In this document: piece by piece, positions 44,187 through 53,775 of the stretch
Layout of the letters: every line of letters begins with the position of its first letter
How positions within the stretch are numbered: position 1 is the stretch's first letter
From: an uncultured Planctomycetaceae bacterium
Lineage (GTDB): Bacteria > Planctomycetota > Planctomycetia > Isosphaerales > Isosphaeraceae
Direction of reading: 5' to 3'
Assembly (NCBI GenBank): GCA_963833985.1
Contig: CAWIAD010000002.1
Location: 1,120,001 to 1,184,000 of the forward strand
DNA length: 64,000 bases
Program-made: the position numbers and the translations under genes
The notes under the pieces: model-generated
What the model was told of the DNA's origin: nothing
Database searches by the model: none
The model's input: the letters and a program-made list of their open reading frames with translations, nothing else

Positions 44187-45185
44187 GTGCCACGTGCCAG
44201 GAAAACATCGCGAACCAGACCGAAAGAACCAAAGCCCCGGACGCTGCCGTTCCACGCATTCTGGTCCGGCGCGCTCAGTTTCGGGCTTGTGAACGTGCCG
44301 GTGCTTGTCTTTCCAGCGACCCGTCACGCGGGCATCCGCTTGCGGCTGATCAGCCCGCGGGGCTCACTGCTGGAAAGGCGCTTTTATTGCCCCCAGGACG
44401 GCAAGGACGTCGCGCACGAGGAGATCGTCCGCGGATACGAGCTTGACGACGGTTCCTACGTCGTTGTGAGCGACGACGAGCTCGAGGCGCTCGAACCACA
44501 GAAGAGTCGAGAAATCGAGCTACGCGAATTCGTGGACATCGGCGACCTGCCTCCGACCTTGCTGGAAAGAGGCTACTACCTCACGCCTCAGAAAGAGGCT
44601 GTCCGCGCCTATCGCTTGCTGGCCGAGGTGATGGAGCAGACCCGGAGGGCGGGGATCGCCACGGTCGTGATGCGCGATCGCGAGTACCTGATCGCAATCT
44701 TCGCCCGCAACAGCATCCTCTGCGCGGAGACCCTGCGCTTCGGCGACGAGCTTCGAGACCCGAAAGCCATTGGCTTGCCTGCGCCATCGCCGCCAGACAA
44801 GGCTCGGGTCTCGGCCTTTACCCGATCCATCAGCGCACTCTTTCGCAAGACCCTGGTCCACCAGGAGCTGGCGGACGAGGCCACGGAAGCTCTCCGCAAG
44901 CTCATCGAGAAGAAGCAAAAGCAGGGGCGCGACATCATCCGCGCAGCACCGGAGGCCGGCGATCCGGGTGAAGCCGGCAGTCCCGACGCGGATGGCGATG
45001 ATCCGGACGAGCAGGGGGATCTGCTCGAGACAATCCGGCAGAGCCTGCGGCACGCGGGCAGCGCGTCAGGCTCGAAGAGTTCGCCGGGCAAGAGCAAGGC
45101 CGGCCAGCCGCGGCGTACCAGAAAGGATGAGGGGACGGCATGGTCCCGCGGCAAGAAGCCCTCCCGAACCCGCAAAGGCGGTTAG
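44187..45185 (+). CDS. ku: Ku protein, paralog 2, with basic C-terminal tail
   Basis: FWSGALSFGLVNVPV, EIVRGYE, REIELREFV, YYLTP, DLLETIRQSL; GGAGGA RBS, GTG start. Confidence 0.92.
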   Translation: MPRARKTSRTRPKEPKPRTLPFHAFWSGALSFGLVNVPVLVFPATRHAGIRLRLISPRGSLLERRFYCPQDGKDVAHEEIVRGYELDDGSYVVVSDDELEALEPQKSREIELREFVDIGDLPPTLLERGYYLTPQKEAVRAYRLLAEVMEQTRRAGIATVVMRDREYLIAIFARNSILCAETLRFGDELRDPKAIGLPAPSPPDKARVSAFTRSISALFRKTLVHQELADEATEALRKLIEKKQKQGRDIIRAAPEAGDPGEAGSPDADGDDPDEQGDLLETIRQSLRHAGSASGSKSSPGKSKAGQPRRTRKDEGTAWSRGKKPSRTRKGG

Positions 45186-45321
45186 CGGGCAGAGGTCAAC
45201 CGTTGCATTGCCCCGTGGGTTCCGGCGCGGCCGCTGTCTGGATAAGCTCCTGGTTGAGGAATCAAAAACCTTGCTCGATGGCGTCGTGAAGTGACCGGCT
45301 CTCATCCAGGCAGAATCTCGC

Positions 45322-47986
45322 ATGGGACTGAAAGAATACCATCGCAAGAGAGACTTCGAGCACACCGATGAGCCCGAGGGCCGTATCGGGGCGCAGGCTG
45401 GCAGCCGGTACCTCGTGCAGAAGCACGCCGCCAGCCGCCTGCATTACGATTTCCGCCTCGAGCTTGACGGGGTACTCAAGAGCTGGGCGATACCCAAGGG
45501 GCCCAGCCTCGACCCCCGGGTCAAATCGCTCGCGGTGCACGTGGAAGACCACCCCATCGATTATGGGACGTTTGAGGGTGTGATTCCCCAGGGCCAGTAC
45601 GGCGGCGGGACGGTCATGCTCTGGGACCGAGGGACCTGGGAACCCGAAGGTGATGCCGCAACGATGTACCAGCAGGGAAAGCTGGTTTTCCGGATCCACG
45701 GCGAGCGTTTGCGAGGCCGCTGGGCGCTCATCCGCATGGGTGGCAAGGCCGGGCAGGATGGCAAGAACTGGCTGCTGAAAAAGCTCGAGGACGAGGACGC
45801 CCGGCCCCGGGAGGAGTTTGACGTCTTGACGCATACCGGCAGCGTGGCCACCGGGCGGAGCATGGACGAAATCGCCAGCGGAGCGAATCCGTCGGCCCAG
45901 GCGGCAAGGTCAACGCCCGGCTCGCGCAAGGCCCATCGTTCCAGCCGGCCCGACACACGCGTTCGCAAGCGTCCCAACGCCCGTGCGCTCGACCCTGCCG
46001 GGCTCGAGGGAGCCAGGCGGACCGCGATGCCGCTCAAGGTTGCGCCCGAGCTGCCGCTCCTGGTGGAGCGGCTTCCCGGCGATGACGGTTGGCTTCATGA
46101 GCTGAAGCTCGATGGCTACCGCCTGATCGGCGTGGTCCGGGCCGGAGAGCCGTCACTCCGCACGCGCCGCTGGAACGACTGGACGCACCGGTTTCCCGCG
46201 ATTGCTCGGGCACTCCGTGAGCTGCATCTCGAGAACGCGATCCTCGACGGCGAGATCGTCGCGCTCCGCAAGGATGGCAGCACCGATTTTCAGGCCCTGC
46301 AAAACAGCTTGCAGGAGGCCGGCGGTGTCCCGCTGGTTTACTTCGTCTTCGACCTGCTCTACTACCGCGGGCACGACCTGCGCCAGGTCGCGCTCATCGA
46401 CCGCAAGTCACTGTTATCGCGAATCCTCGAGGCCAGGCCACCTTCCAGGTGGGTCCGCTACAGCGGCCATATCGCAGGCCAGGGAAACGAGGTCTACTCC
46501 CGTGCCTGCGGCCACGGCCTGGAGGGGATCGTGGCCAAGCGAGCCGGCAGCCCGTACCTCGGGCGGCGGACCTCGGACTGGGTGAAGATCAAGTGTCTGA
46601 AACGCCAGGAATTCGTGATCGGCGGCTGGACCGAGCCCGGCGGCCGCCGCCAGTCCCTGGGCGCCTTGCTGCTGGGCTACTTCGAGGGACCGTCGCAGCT
46701 TGTCTACTGTGGACGCGTGGGGACCGGTTTCACGGAAGGGTCCCTGCGCGATCTGCACAGGGCGCTGCGGGCCGTCGAGAGCAAGCAATCTCCGTTTCGC
46801 AATCGTCCTTCCGGCATGGCCGCACGTGGCGTCATCCACTGGGCCGATCCGGTCGTCGTCGCGGAGATCGCGTTCTCCGCCTGGACCGCCGATGGCATGT
46901 TGCGCCACGCCTCGTTTCAGGGAATTCGAGAGGACAAGGACCCGCCGGAGATCACGCGGGAAATCCCAGCGGCCGGACCCGCGCCCGGGAACCACGGCGG
47001 GGCGGAGGAGCGATCCTCCAGGCGGACCGGCCGGATGAACGCTGCGCCCCGTCGATCGGACCCGCAGCCAGCAGCGAGCGACCGATTCGCGGGCGTGCGG
47101 CTGTCTCATCCCGGCCGCATCCTGTTTCCCGACGAGAAGCTTACCAAGCGCGACCTGGCGGCTTACTACGAATCCATTGCGGACTTCATCTTGCCCCATA
47201 TTGTGGGCCGGCCGCTCTCCCTGGTGCGCTGTCCGGATGGATCCGGAAAGCCGTGCTTCTACCAGAAGCATCTCGGGACATCGATGCCGCCGTCCGTCCG
47301 CGGCATCGCCGTGACCGAGAAGGCCGGAGCGGGAGTGTCCATTGTCATCGACGACCTGGCGGGATTGATCTCGCTCGTGCAAATGGGAGTGCTGGAGATC
47401 CATCCGTGGGGGAGCCGGGAAGATCGACTGGATCGTCCCGACCGCTTGATCGTCGACCTGGACCCGGCCGAAGGCGTGCCCTGGGCTCACGTGGTACAGG
47501 CCGCGCTGCACGTCAGGCAACGGCTCGCGGAACTGCGGCTCGAGAGCTTTGTGCGGACGACTGGCGGCAAGGGATTGCACATTGTTGTGCCGATCTCCCG
47601 GCGCACGCCGTGACCCGATCTCAAAGCTTTCGCCAGGTCGCTTGCCGACGCACTGGTCCGCGCAGCCCGATCGATACATCGCCCAGTCCAGCAAGGCCCG
47701 GCGGGCCGGCAAGATTTATGTGGATTACCTGCGAAACGAAAAAGGAGCCACCGCAGTCGCTTGCTACTCGACGCGCGCACGGCGCGGCGCGACGGTCGCA
47801 ACTCCCCTCTCATGGGATGAGCTTTCCGAGTCGTTACGGCCGGAGCAGTTCACGATGCGCACCGTGCCCGAACGGCTGCGGACGATCAAGGACGATCCAT
47901 GGGCGGGTTTTTTCGCGATCCGCCAGACCATCAGCAAGACCATGGCCACCAGCCTGGAGCGCTCGTCGGGTCCCGCCCGGACCTGA
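45322..47986 (+). CDS. ligD: DNA ligase D (phosphoesterase-ligase-polymerase); in-frame TGA at 47611-47613 and indel at ~47660
   Basis: PE: QKHAASRLHYDFRLE; LIG: ELKLDGYR, EGIVAK, WVKIK; POL: LVRCPDG, FYQKH, DLDP, TTGGKGLH, then IYVDYLRN...YSTRAR in the next frame. Confidence 0.92.
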
Positions 47987-48215
47987 CCTTGCTTTTGTGC
48001 TCTGATGCTCTCATTTTTCGTTTTCTGTTTTGCGGTTGCCGCCGGACCTCACCATACTGAGGCTGCGTTGATGCCGCTTCGCGTAACCTCGGCCCGTAGG
48101 TTTGCATCCACGAGACAGCATGGACCCGGGTGAGAGGTACTTCGAAGCAGGCAAACCGTGTCGCGATGACGAGCGCTGGCAGGCCGGATCTGCCTGAAGA
48201 GCAAGGAGACCGTCC

Positions 48216-50198
48216 ATGGGCGCCGCAGCCAGTCCCTTCACCATCACGCAGCAGAACATCAACGTGAACACGCCGTTCGGGGCGAACCTGATGGCGGGCG
48301 GGGCCACGTTTCGCGTCTGGGCTCCGCGGGCGATCGAGGTCCACCTGATGCTCAATGGCAACGCCGCAACCTGGCAACCCAATCCGTCGACCCTGCTCGC
48401 GAAGGACAGTGCCACCGGCATTTGGAGCGGCTTCATCTCGGGGGTTCTCGACGGCGACCGGTATCGCTTCTTCGTCGTCGGCCCGGGTGGCCGCGGTTTC
48501 AAGCGCGACCCGTACGCACGCGAGCTCGGACCGCACTTTCCCGACTGTGATTGCATCGTCCGCGATCCGCGTGCATTCCCCTGGCAAGAGGGCGATTATC
48601 GCACTCCCGATTTCAGCGACCTGATCATTTACCAATTTCACATCGGCACGTTCTATCGGGTTGTGAATGGCCAGGACGACCGGCCGAATCATATCGCCAA
48701 ACTGCTTGATGCCCTCCAGCGCATGCCCGACCTGGCTGACCTGGGTGTGAACGCCGTCGAACCGCTGCCGATCGACGAATGTGTCGGCGATATCACCCTC
48801 GGCTACAACGGGACCGATTACTTCTCTCCCGAAGAGGCGTACATGGTCCCCCCCGCGGAGGTCGGTCCTTACTTCAGCATGGTCAACAACCTGCTGGCCG
48901 CCAGGGGGAAGGCAGCGCTGCCGGCAGGAGCACTCGATAGCCAGGTGGGCCAGGTCAAGGCGTTCGTCGCTGTCTGCCACGCCTACGGCATGGCGGTGCT
49001 GCTGGACGTGGTCTACAACCATGCGGGCGGACCGTTTGACGACCAGAGCCTCTACTTCCTGGATCGGGCGAAGTTCACCAGCAACGCGGATAGCCTCTAT
49101 TTCAACAACAACTCATGGGCCGGCGGACTAGCCTTCGAGTACCGTGAGCCGCGCGTCCGCGAGCTGCTCATCAACAACACACTCTACTGGCTGAACGAGT
49201 GCCACACGGACGGTTTCCGCTATGACGAGGTGACGGTCATCGACGGCTTCGGCGGCTGGGGCTTCTGCCAGCAGATGACCAATCTCCTCCATCACGACCA
49301 TCCCCGGGCGATCAACATCGCCGAGTACTGGCGCGACGACCAGTCGTGGGTCATCAAGGCGACAGGGCAGGGGGGCGCCGGGTTCGACGCGGTCTGGTAC
49401 TCAGGCCTGCGCGGGGCCATTCGCGGGGTCCTGGGCCAGGCGGCAGGTGGCGCCGGGGCCGCGGTGAACTTCGACCCCGTGCGGGACACTCTCTCCCGGC
49501 CGGGAGGATTCACGGCCGCCTGGCAGGCCGTGCAGCACCTGGAGAACCACGACAAGGTTCGCGTGGACAGCAACGATCGCGAGCCGCGGATCGCCGCGCT
49601 GGCCGGTGGCGACAACTCGCGCTCCTGGTACGGCCGCAGCCGCACGCGCGTGGCAACCGGTCTGCTCATGACCGCGCCGGGCATCCCGATGCTCTTCATG
49701 GGTGAAGAGATGCTCGAAGACAAGCTCTGGAGTGAGAACCCTCTGGCACATCCCGGTACCCTGATCTGGTGGGACGGCTACCTCTCAGGCAAGGACCGTG
49801 CCGCGGTGGGCCAGCGCTGGTTCACGCACGACGTCGCCTGGCTGCGGCGTCGCTACAAGGCACTGCGGGGCGAGTCGATCAACACGTTCCACGTGCACAA
49901 CCTGAACCGGGTGATCGCCTTTCATCGCTGGGTGGAGTTCGAGGGACGCGACGTGGTGGTCGTCGCCAGCCTGAACGAGTTCACCCAGTTCGGCTATGTC
50001 CTGGGCTTCCCCCAGCCGGGTCGCTGGCTCGAGGTCTTCAATGGGGAAATATACGACAACGCCGGCAACCCCAGTCCCGCCGGCAATGGCGGGTCCATCA
50101 TGGCAAATGGACCGCCCGCCCACGGCCTCCCCTGGTCGGCACCCATCGTCATCCCGGCCAACGGCTTCCTGGTCTTCGCCCGCAACCAGGGGGACTGA
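48216..50198 (+). CDS. GH13 alpha-amylase family protein (GlgB/TreZ-like, with CBM48-like N-terminus)
   Basis: TFRVWAP, DPYAR, LDVVYNH, DGFRYDEV, IAEYW, ENHD, PMLFMGEE; AAGGAG RBS. Confidence 0.9.
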   Translation: MGAAASPFTITQQNINVNTPFGANLMAGGATFRVWAPRAIEVHLMLNGNAATWQPNPSTLLAKDSATGIWSGFISGVLDGDRYRFFVVGPGGRGFKRDPYARELGPHFPDCDCIVRDPRAFPWQEGDYRTPDFSDLIIYQFHIGTFYRVVNGQDDRPNHIAKLLDALQRMPDLADLGVNAVEPLPIDECVGDITLGYNGTDYFSPEEAYMVPPAEVGPYFSMVNNLLAARGKAALPAGALDSQVGQVKAFVAVCHAYGMAVLLDVVYNHAGGPFDDQSLYFLDRAKFTSNADSLYFNNNSWAGGLAFEYREPRVRELLINNTLYWLNECHTDGFRYDEVTVIDGFGGWGFCQQMTNLLHHDHPRAINIAEYWRDDQSWVIKATGQGGAGFDAVWYSGLRGAIRGVLGQAAGGAGAAVNFDPVRDTLSRPGGFTAAWQAVQHLENHDKVRVDSNDREPRIAALAGGDNSRSWYGRSRTRVATGLLMTAPGIPMLFMGEEMLEDKLWSENPLAHPGTLIWWDGYLSGKDRAAVGQRWFTHDVAWLRRRYKALRGESINTFHVHNLNRVIAFHRWVEFEGRDVVVVASLNEFTQFGYVLGFPQPGRWLEVFNGEIYDNAGNPSPAGNGGSIMANGPPAHGLPWSAPIVIPANGFLVFARNQGD

Positions 50199-50326
50199 GC
50201 CACCGTGGACTGCCGGCGCTTCACGGCGCCGAACCCCACCGAGCTGATACAGACGGCCCCTGGGGATGAATTCAAGACAGACGAACGCGCCCGGCGAGGC
50301 GGCTTCCGTGGCTCTCGGATCAAGGT

Positions 50327-52552
50327 TCAGAGTTCCACATCGAGCGGGTCGCCGACGAACCGGATGGCGCGGGTTGCCTTGTCCGGGACCAGCCGCACCA
50401 GGAAGTCGCGGGCCAGCGGGGGCCGCATCCTCGATCCCCTGGCGAGCCGGAGGGTCAGTCGGCGTTGAGTATCGTCCCAGGCCATCTCGATGCCCGTCCA
50501 ATCGCCCTTGAGATAACCGGACGTGATGCCGTCGTCATCGTAGAGGGTGAATGCGCCACGGGCGCCGGGGTAGATGCGCAGCTCCGTCGGGGCATCGACG
50601 GGCTCGCCAGTGTACTGCTTGACGGGGCCCAGGGGGATGATGGCTCCGGCCCTGACAAACAAGGGGATCGTCGCCAGGTCGGCGGGCCTGACGATTTCAC
50701 GGCCGCCTTCCAGCTTTTCCTCGGTCCAGAAGTCGTACCAGAGCCCGCGCGGCAGATAGGTCTTCCAGGACGTCGCCCCCTTCTTCGTCACGGGCGCGAC
50801 CAGCAGATCGCGGCCCCATAGATACTCGTCGCCCCGGACCACGGCCGCCGGGTCGTCGGGGTGATGAAGCCACAGCGACCGCATGATCGGCAGCCCCGTC
50901 ACGTGCCCCTCGTGCAAGGCGCTGTAAAGGTAAGGCAAAAGGCGATAGCGGAGTTCGAGGTACTTGCGGCAGATCGGCTCGACCTGTGCGTTGTGCAGCT
51001 CCGCGGGGTCCGGGTTGGCCGCATCGCCGTAGGTCCGGACCTCGTCCGGCCCGAGCTCCCCTGTGTTCCAGCCCCAGGGCAGACGCAGCTTCCACGTCCG
51101 CCCGTGCGATCGGAACAACGGGCAAAACGCCGCGAACTGGAACCAGCGGACATAGAGCTCACCCGTGAATTCCCGGGTCGGGACGAACCCGCCGATGTCC
51201 GTGCCCCAGAGGGGGATGCCGCTCAGGCCCGTGTTGATAGCGATCGGCACCTGGGTCTTCAGGGTCTCCCACGTGGAATACACATCCCCCGACCAGAGGA
51301 ACGCGGCGTAGCGCTGCATGCCGGCGTAGCCGTTGCGGTGCAGGGCGAAGGGGCGGGCGTCGGGCCGGTCAAGCTGCTCGCCCTCGTAGTACATGCGGAT
51401 CCGCGCGAGCCGTGAGGGAATATCAAGCGGGTCTCCTTCGTCCGGCCACCAGCCGTCGAAGTACGGCTGCACCCTGCGATGGGCGTTCCAGTAGCTGGCC
51501 GCGGACGACTCGTCGACGACGGCCGGGTCGAACGGGTCCCGCACCGAGCCGCGCAGCGAGCGTGCCCGGATGACCACGTGCGGCACGACCCGAAAGTGGA
51601 GCGCCCGCAGCGCGTCGATCTCAACCTTGGGCTCGGGGAACACGGCGCGGTTGAAGTCCCATGAACCGTGGCCGGTGTTCCAGCCGGACGGGCAGAAGCC
51701 GGTCCCGAGATAGATCATCGTGTCGCAGGGGAGCTTCTTCTCGCGAAAGGTCCGGGCCTCGTTGAGGATCTCCTCGCGGCTGGCCAGGGTCCGGTGCGAC
51801 TGCTGGTAGCCGAGCGACCAGAGCGGGGGCAGCGCCGGGAACCCCATCAGCCGCGCGTATCCGGCCATGATCGAAGCGGGCTCGCGGCTCGTCACCACGA
51901 ACAGGTCCATGGGCAGCGCAGAGGCTATTTCGTGCGGCAGGTACTTTCCCTCGCCGCCAGTCAGGTCGACGGAGCCGTAAGGCCGATGGATGAACATGGC
52001 CCAGCCGGACGTGCCGATCAGCCAGGGGATCGGTACCCGGCCGCCGTGGGTGCGCAGGCGGTATCCGCCCTGACCGCTTCGCATCCGGTCGGCGGAGCCC
52101 CGGTGGTCGAACTGCGGGCCGCCCTCGCCCAGCCCCAGCACCGGGCCGTCTCCCAGCTCGAACGCGAGCGCGCCGGTTTGCTCGTCGACCCGCAGGCGCT
52201 GCACCAGCCGGCCGTCCTTCGCCTCGATGCGGATCGTCAGCGGGTTGCCCGAGACTGTCACACGAGAATCGCCACAGGCGGCCACCCGGGGCTCGGCCAG
52301 CGACATGAGGCGGAGGATCGGCGCGCCACTCTCGTGCGGGACAAGCGACCCATCGGCGGGGATCGGCTGCGGCCGCCCTTCCTCCATCGCCGTCACGCTG
52401 ATGCGGACGATGGACGGGCCGATGGGCGTGACGCTGAGCTCGACCTCCCTCCCGGCAATCTTCAGCCGCTCATCCCTGGCCGCCCGCCGCCGGGCTGGGA
52501 GCAAAGAAGTGATTCCCAGGCCCTTGAGAATGATCCTGCGCGAGATCGGCAT
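50327..52552 (-). CDS. GH31 family glycoside hydrolase, Tat-exported
   Basis: MPISRRIILKG Tat motif; GWWPDEGD, WSGDV, WGTDIGGF, ELYVRWFQF, RYRLLPYLY, PIMRSL. Confidence 0.9.
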   Translation of the reverse strand: MPISRRIILKGLGITSLLPARRRAARDERLKIAGREVELSVTPIGPSIVRISVTAMEEGRPQPIPADGSLVPHESGAPILRLMSLAEPRVAACGDSRVTVSGNPLTIRIEAKDGRLVQRLRVDEQTGALAFELGDGPVLGLGEGGPQFDHRGSADRMRSGQGGYRLRTHGGRVPIPWLIGTSGWAMFIHRPYGSVDLTGGEGKYLPHEIASALPMDLFVVTSREPASIMAGYARLMGFPALPPLWSLGYQQSHRTLASREEILNEARTFREKKLPCDTMIYLGTGFCPSGWNTGHGSWDFNRAVFPEPKVEIDALRALHFRVVPHVVIRARSLRGSVRDPFDPAVVDESSAASYWNAHRRVQPYFDGWWPDEGDPLDIPSRLARIRMYYEGEQLDRPDARPFALHRNGYAGMQRYAAFLWSGDVYSTWETLKTQVPIAINTGLSGIPLWGTDIGGFVPTREFTGELYVRWFQFAAFCPLFRSHGRTWKLRLPWGWNTGELGPDEVRTYGDAANPDPAELHNAQVEPICRKYLELRYRLLPYLYSALHEGHVTGLPIMRSLWLHHPDDPAAVVRGDEYLWGRDLLVAPVTKKGATSWKTYLPRGLWYDFWTEEKLEGGREIVRPADLATIPLFVRAGAIIPLGPVKQYTGEPVDAPTELRIYPGARGAFTLYDDDGITSGYLKGDWTGIEMAWDDTQRRLTLRLARGSRMRPPLARDFLVRLVPDKATRAIRFVGDPLDVEL

Positions 52553-52731
52553 GCTCGTGCCCTCCAGTGGGTTGTCATGGGCCACTCCTCGAATCACCTC
52601 GACGACCGGCTCGGCCACGCGGATTTGTTGCAGGCGGGCCAGGTCATCCCGGGCCGTTTCCGATTGTAGCGAGCGGGAATGCTCACGCGGTGATACAATC
52701 CGGGTCTTCATCCTCTCGCCCGGAGCAGCCG

Positions 52732-53580
52732 ATGGACAACCTGACCAGGTCGATCGATGGCGTTCGCGTGCCTTCGTTCCTTTATGGTACCGCCTGGAAG
52801 GAGGAGGAAACCCGTCGCCTCACGGAGCTCGCCTTGCAGCAGGGCTTCCGCGGTATCGATACAGCCAATCAGCGCCGCCATTACGACGAGGCCGCGGTGG
52901 GTGGTGCCGTCGCGGCCTCCGTCCATGCCGGCTTGCTGGCTCGCGATGAGCTTTTTCTGCAAACCAAGTACACATTCCAGCGCGGGCAAGACCACAGTCT
53001 GCCCTATGACCCTCGGGCACCCATCGCGGTCCAGGTGGACCAGTCGTTCGCCAGCTCGCTGGAGCACCTGGGCGCCGAGGTCATCGATTCCTACTTGCTC
53101 CACGGACCAACGCAAGGGATTGGACTGACAGCGGCCGACTGGGAGGCATCGCGCGCGCTGGAGGCCATTCAGGAAAGCGGCCGGGCCCGCTTCCTGGGCG
53201 TGAGCAACGTGAATCTCGATCAGGTCCAGGCGCTGTGCCGGCAGGCACGTGTCCGGCCGCGCTTCGTTCAGAACCGCTGCTACGCGCAGCGAGGATGGGA
53301 CCGTGAGGTCCGGGAGTTCTGTGCCGCGAATGGAATCGTCTATCAGGGTTTCTCGCTGCTGACCGCCAACCGCAAGGTGCTGGCTCATCCAGAACTGACC
53401 CGCATCGCCCATCGGCACGGGCGGACGACCAGCCAGATCGTTTTTCGGTTCGCCCTCGAAGTGGGCATGCTCCCCCTGACTGGCACCAGCGACGTCGCCC
53501 ATATGCGGGCCGACCTCGAAGTCTTCGACTTCCGCCTCGATCCCGCGGAGGTGGAGCGAATCGAGAGGCTGGGAGCCTGA
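52732..53580 (+). CDS. Aldo/keto reductase
   Basis: YGTAW, GFRGIDTA, LFLQTK, DSYLLHGP, LGVSN. Confidence 0.9.
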   Translation: MDNLTRSIDGVRVPSFLYGTAWKEEETRRLTELALQQGFRGIDTANQRRHYDEAAVGGAVAASVHAGLLARDELFLQTKYTFQRGQDHSLPYDPRAPIAVQVDQSFASSLEHLGAEVIDSYLLHGPTQGIGLTAADWEASRALEAIQESGRARFLGVSNVNLDQVQALCRQARVRPRFVQNRCYAQRGWDREVREFCAANGIVYQGFSLLTANRKVLAHPELTRIAHRHGRTTSQIVFRFALEVGMLPLTGTSDVAHMRADLEVFDFRLDPAEVERIERLGA

Positions 53581-53775
53581 CTCGAAATGCTGGCGGCGAA
53601 GGACCGTCGAACACGGCCCGCTGCTCGAAGTGTGCTGAAGCAGAACGCCGTCCGCAGCCGCCCGCGTCGTTCCTCACCCAGCCAGGACGCAGAACCGCGC
53701 TGCCCTGACGTTGTATACTCTGCGTGATGTCTCGGGGGGTTTTCATGATGACGACTGAGACCGAGTGAAGGTGCC

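Noticed and set aside
47611..47613. Selenocysteine or Trp recoding of the ligD TGA (a SelA-like gene is in the window)
   Set aside because: The position corresponds to Trp rather than Cys, TGA is used as a normal stop throughout the window, and a frameshift follows anyway.
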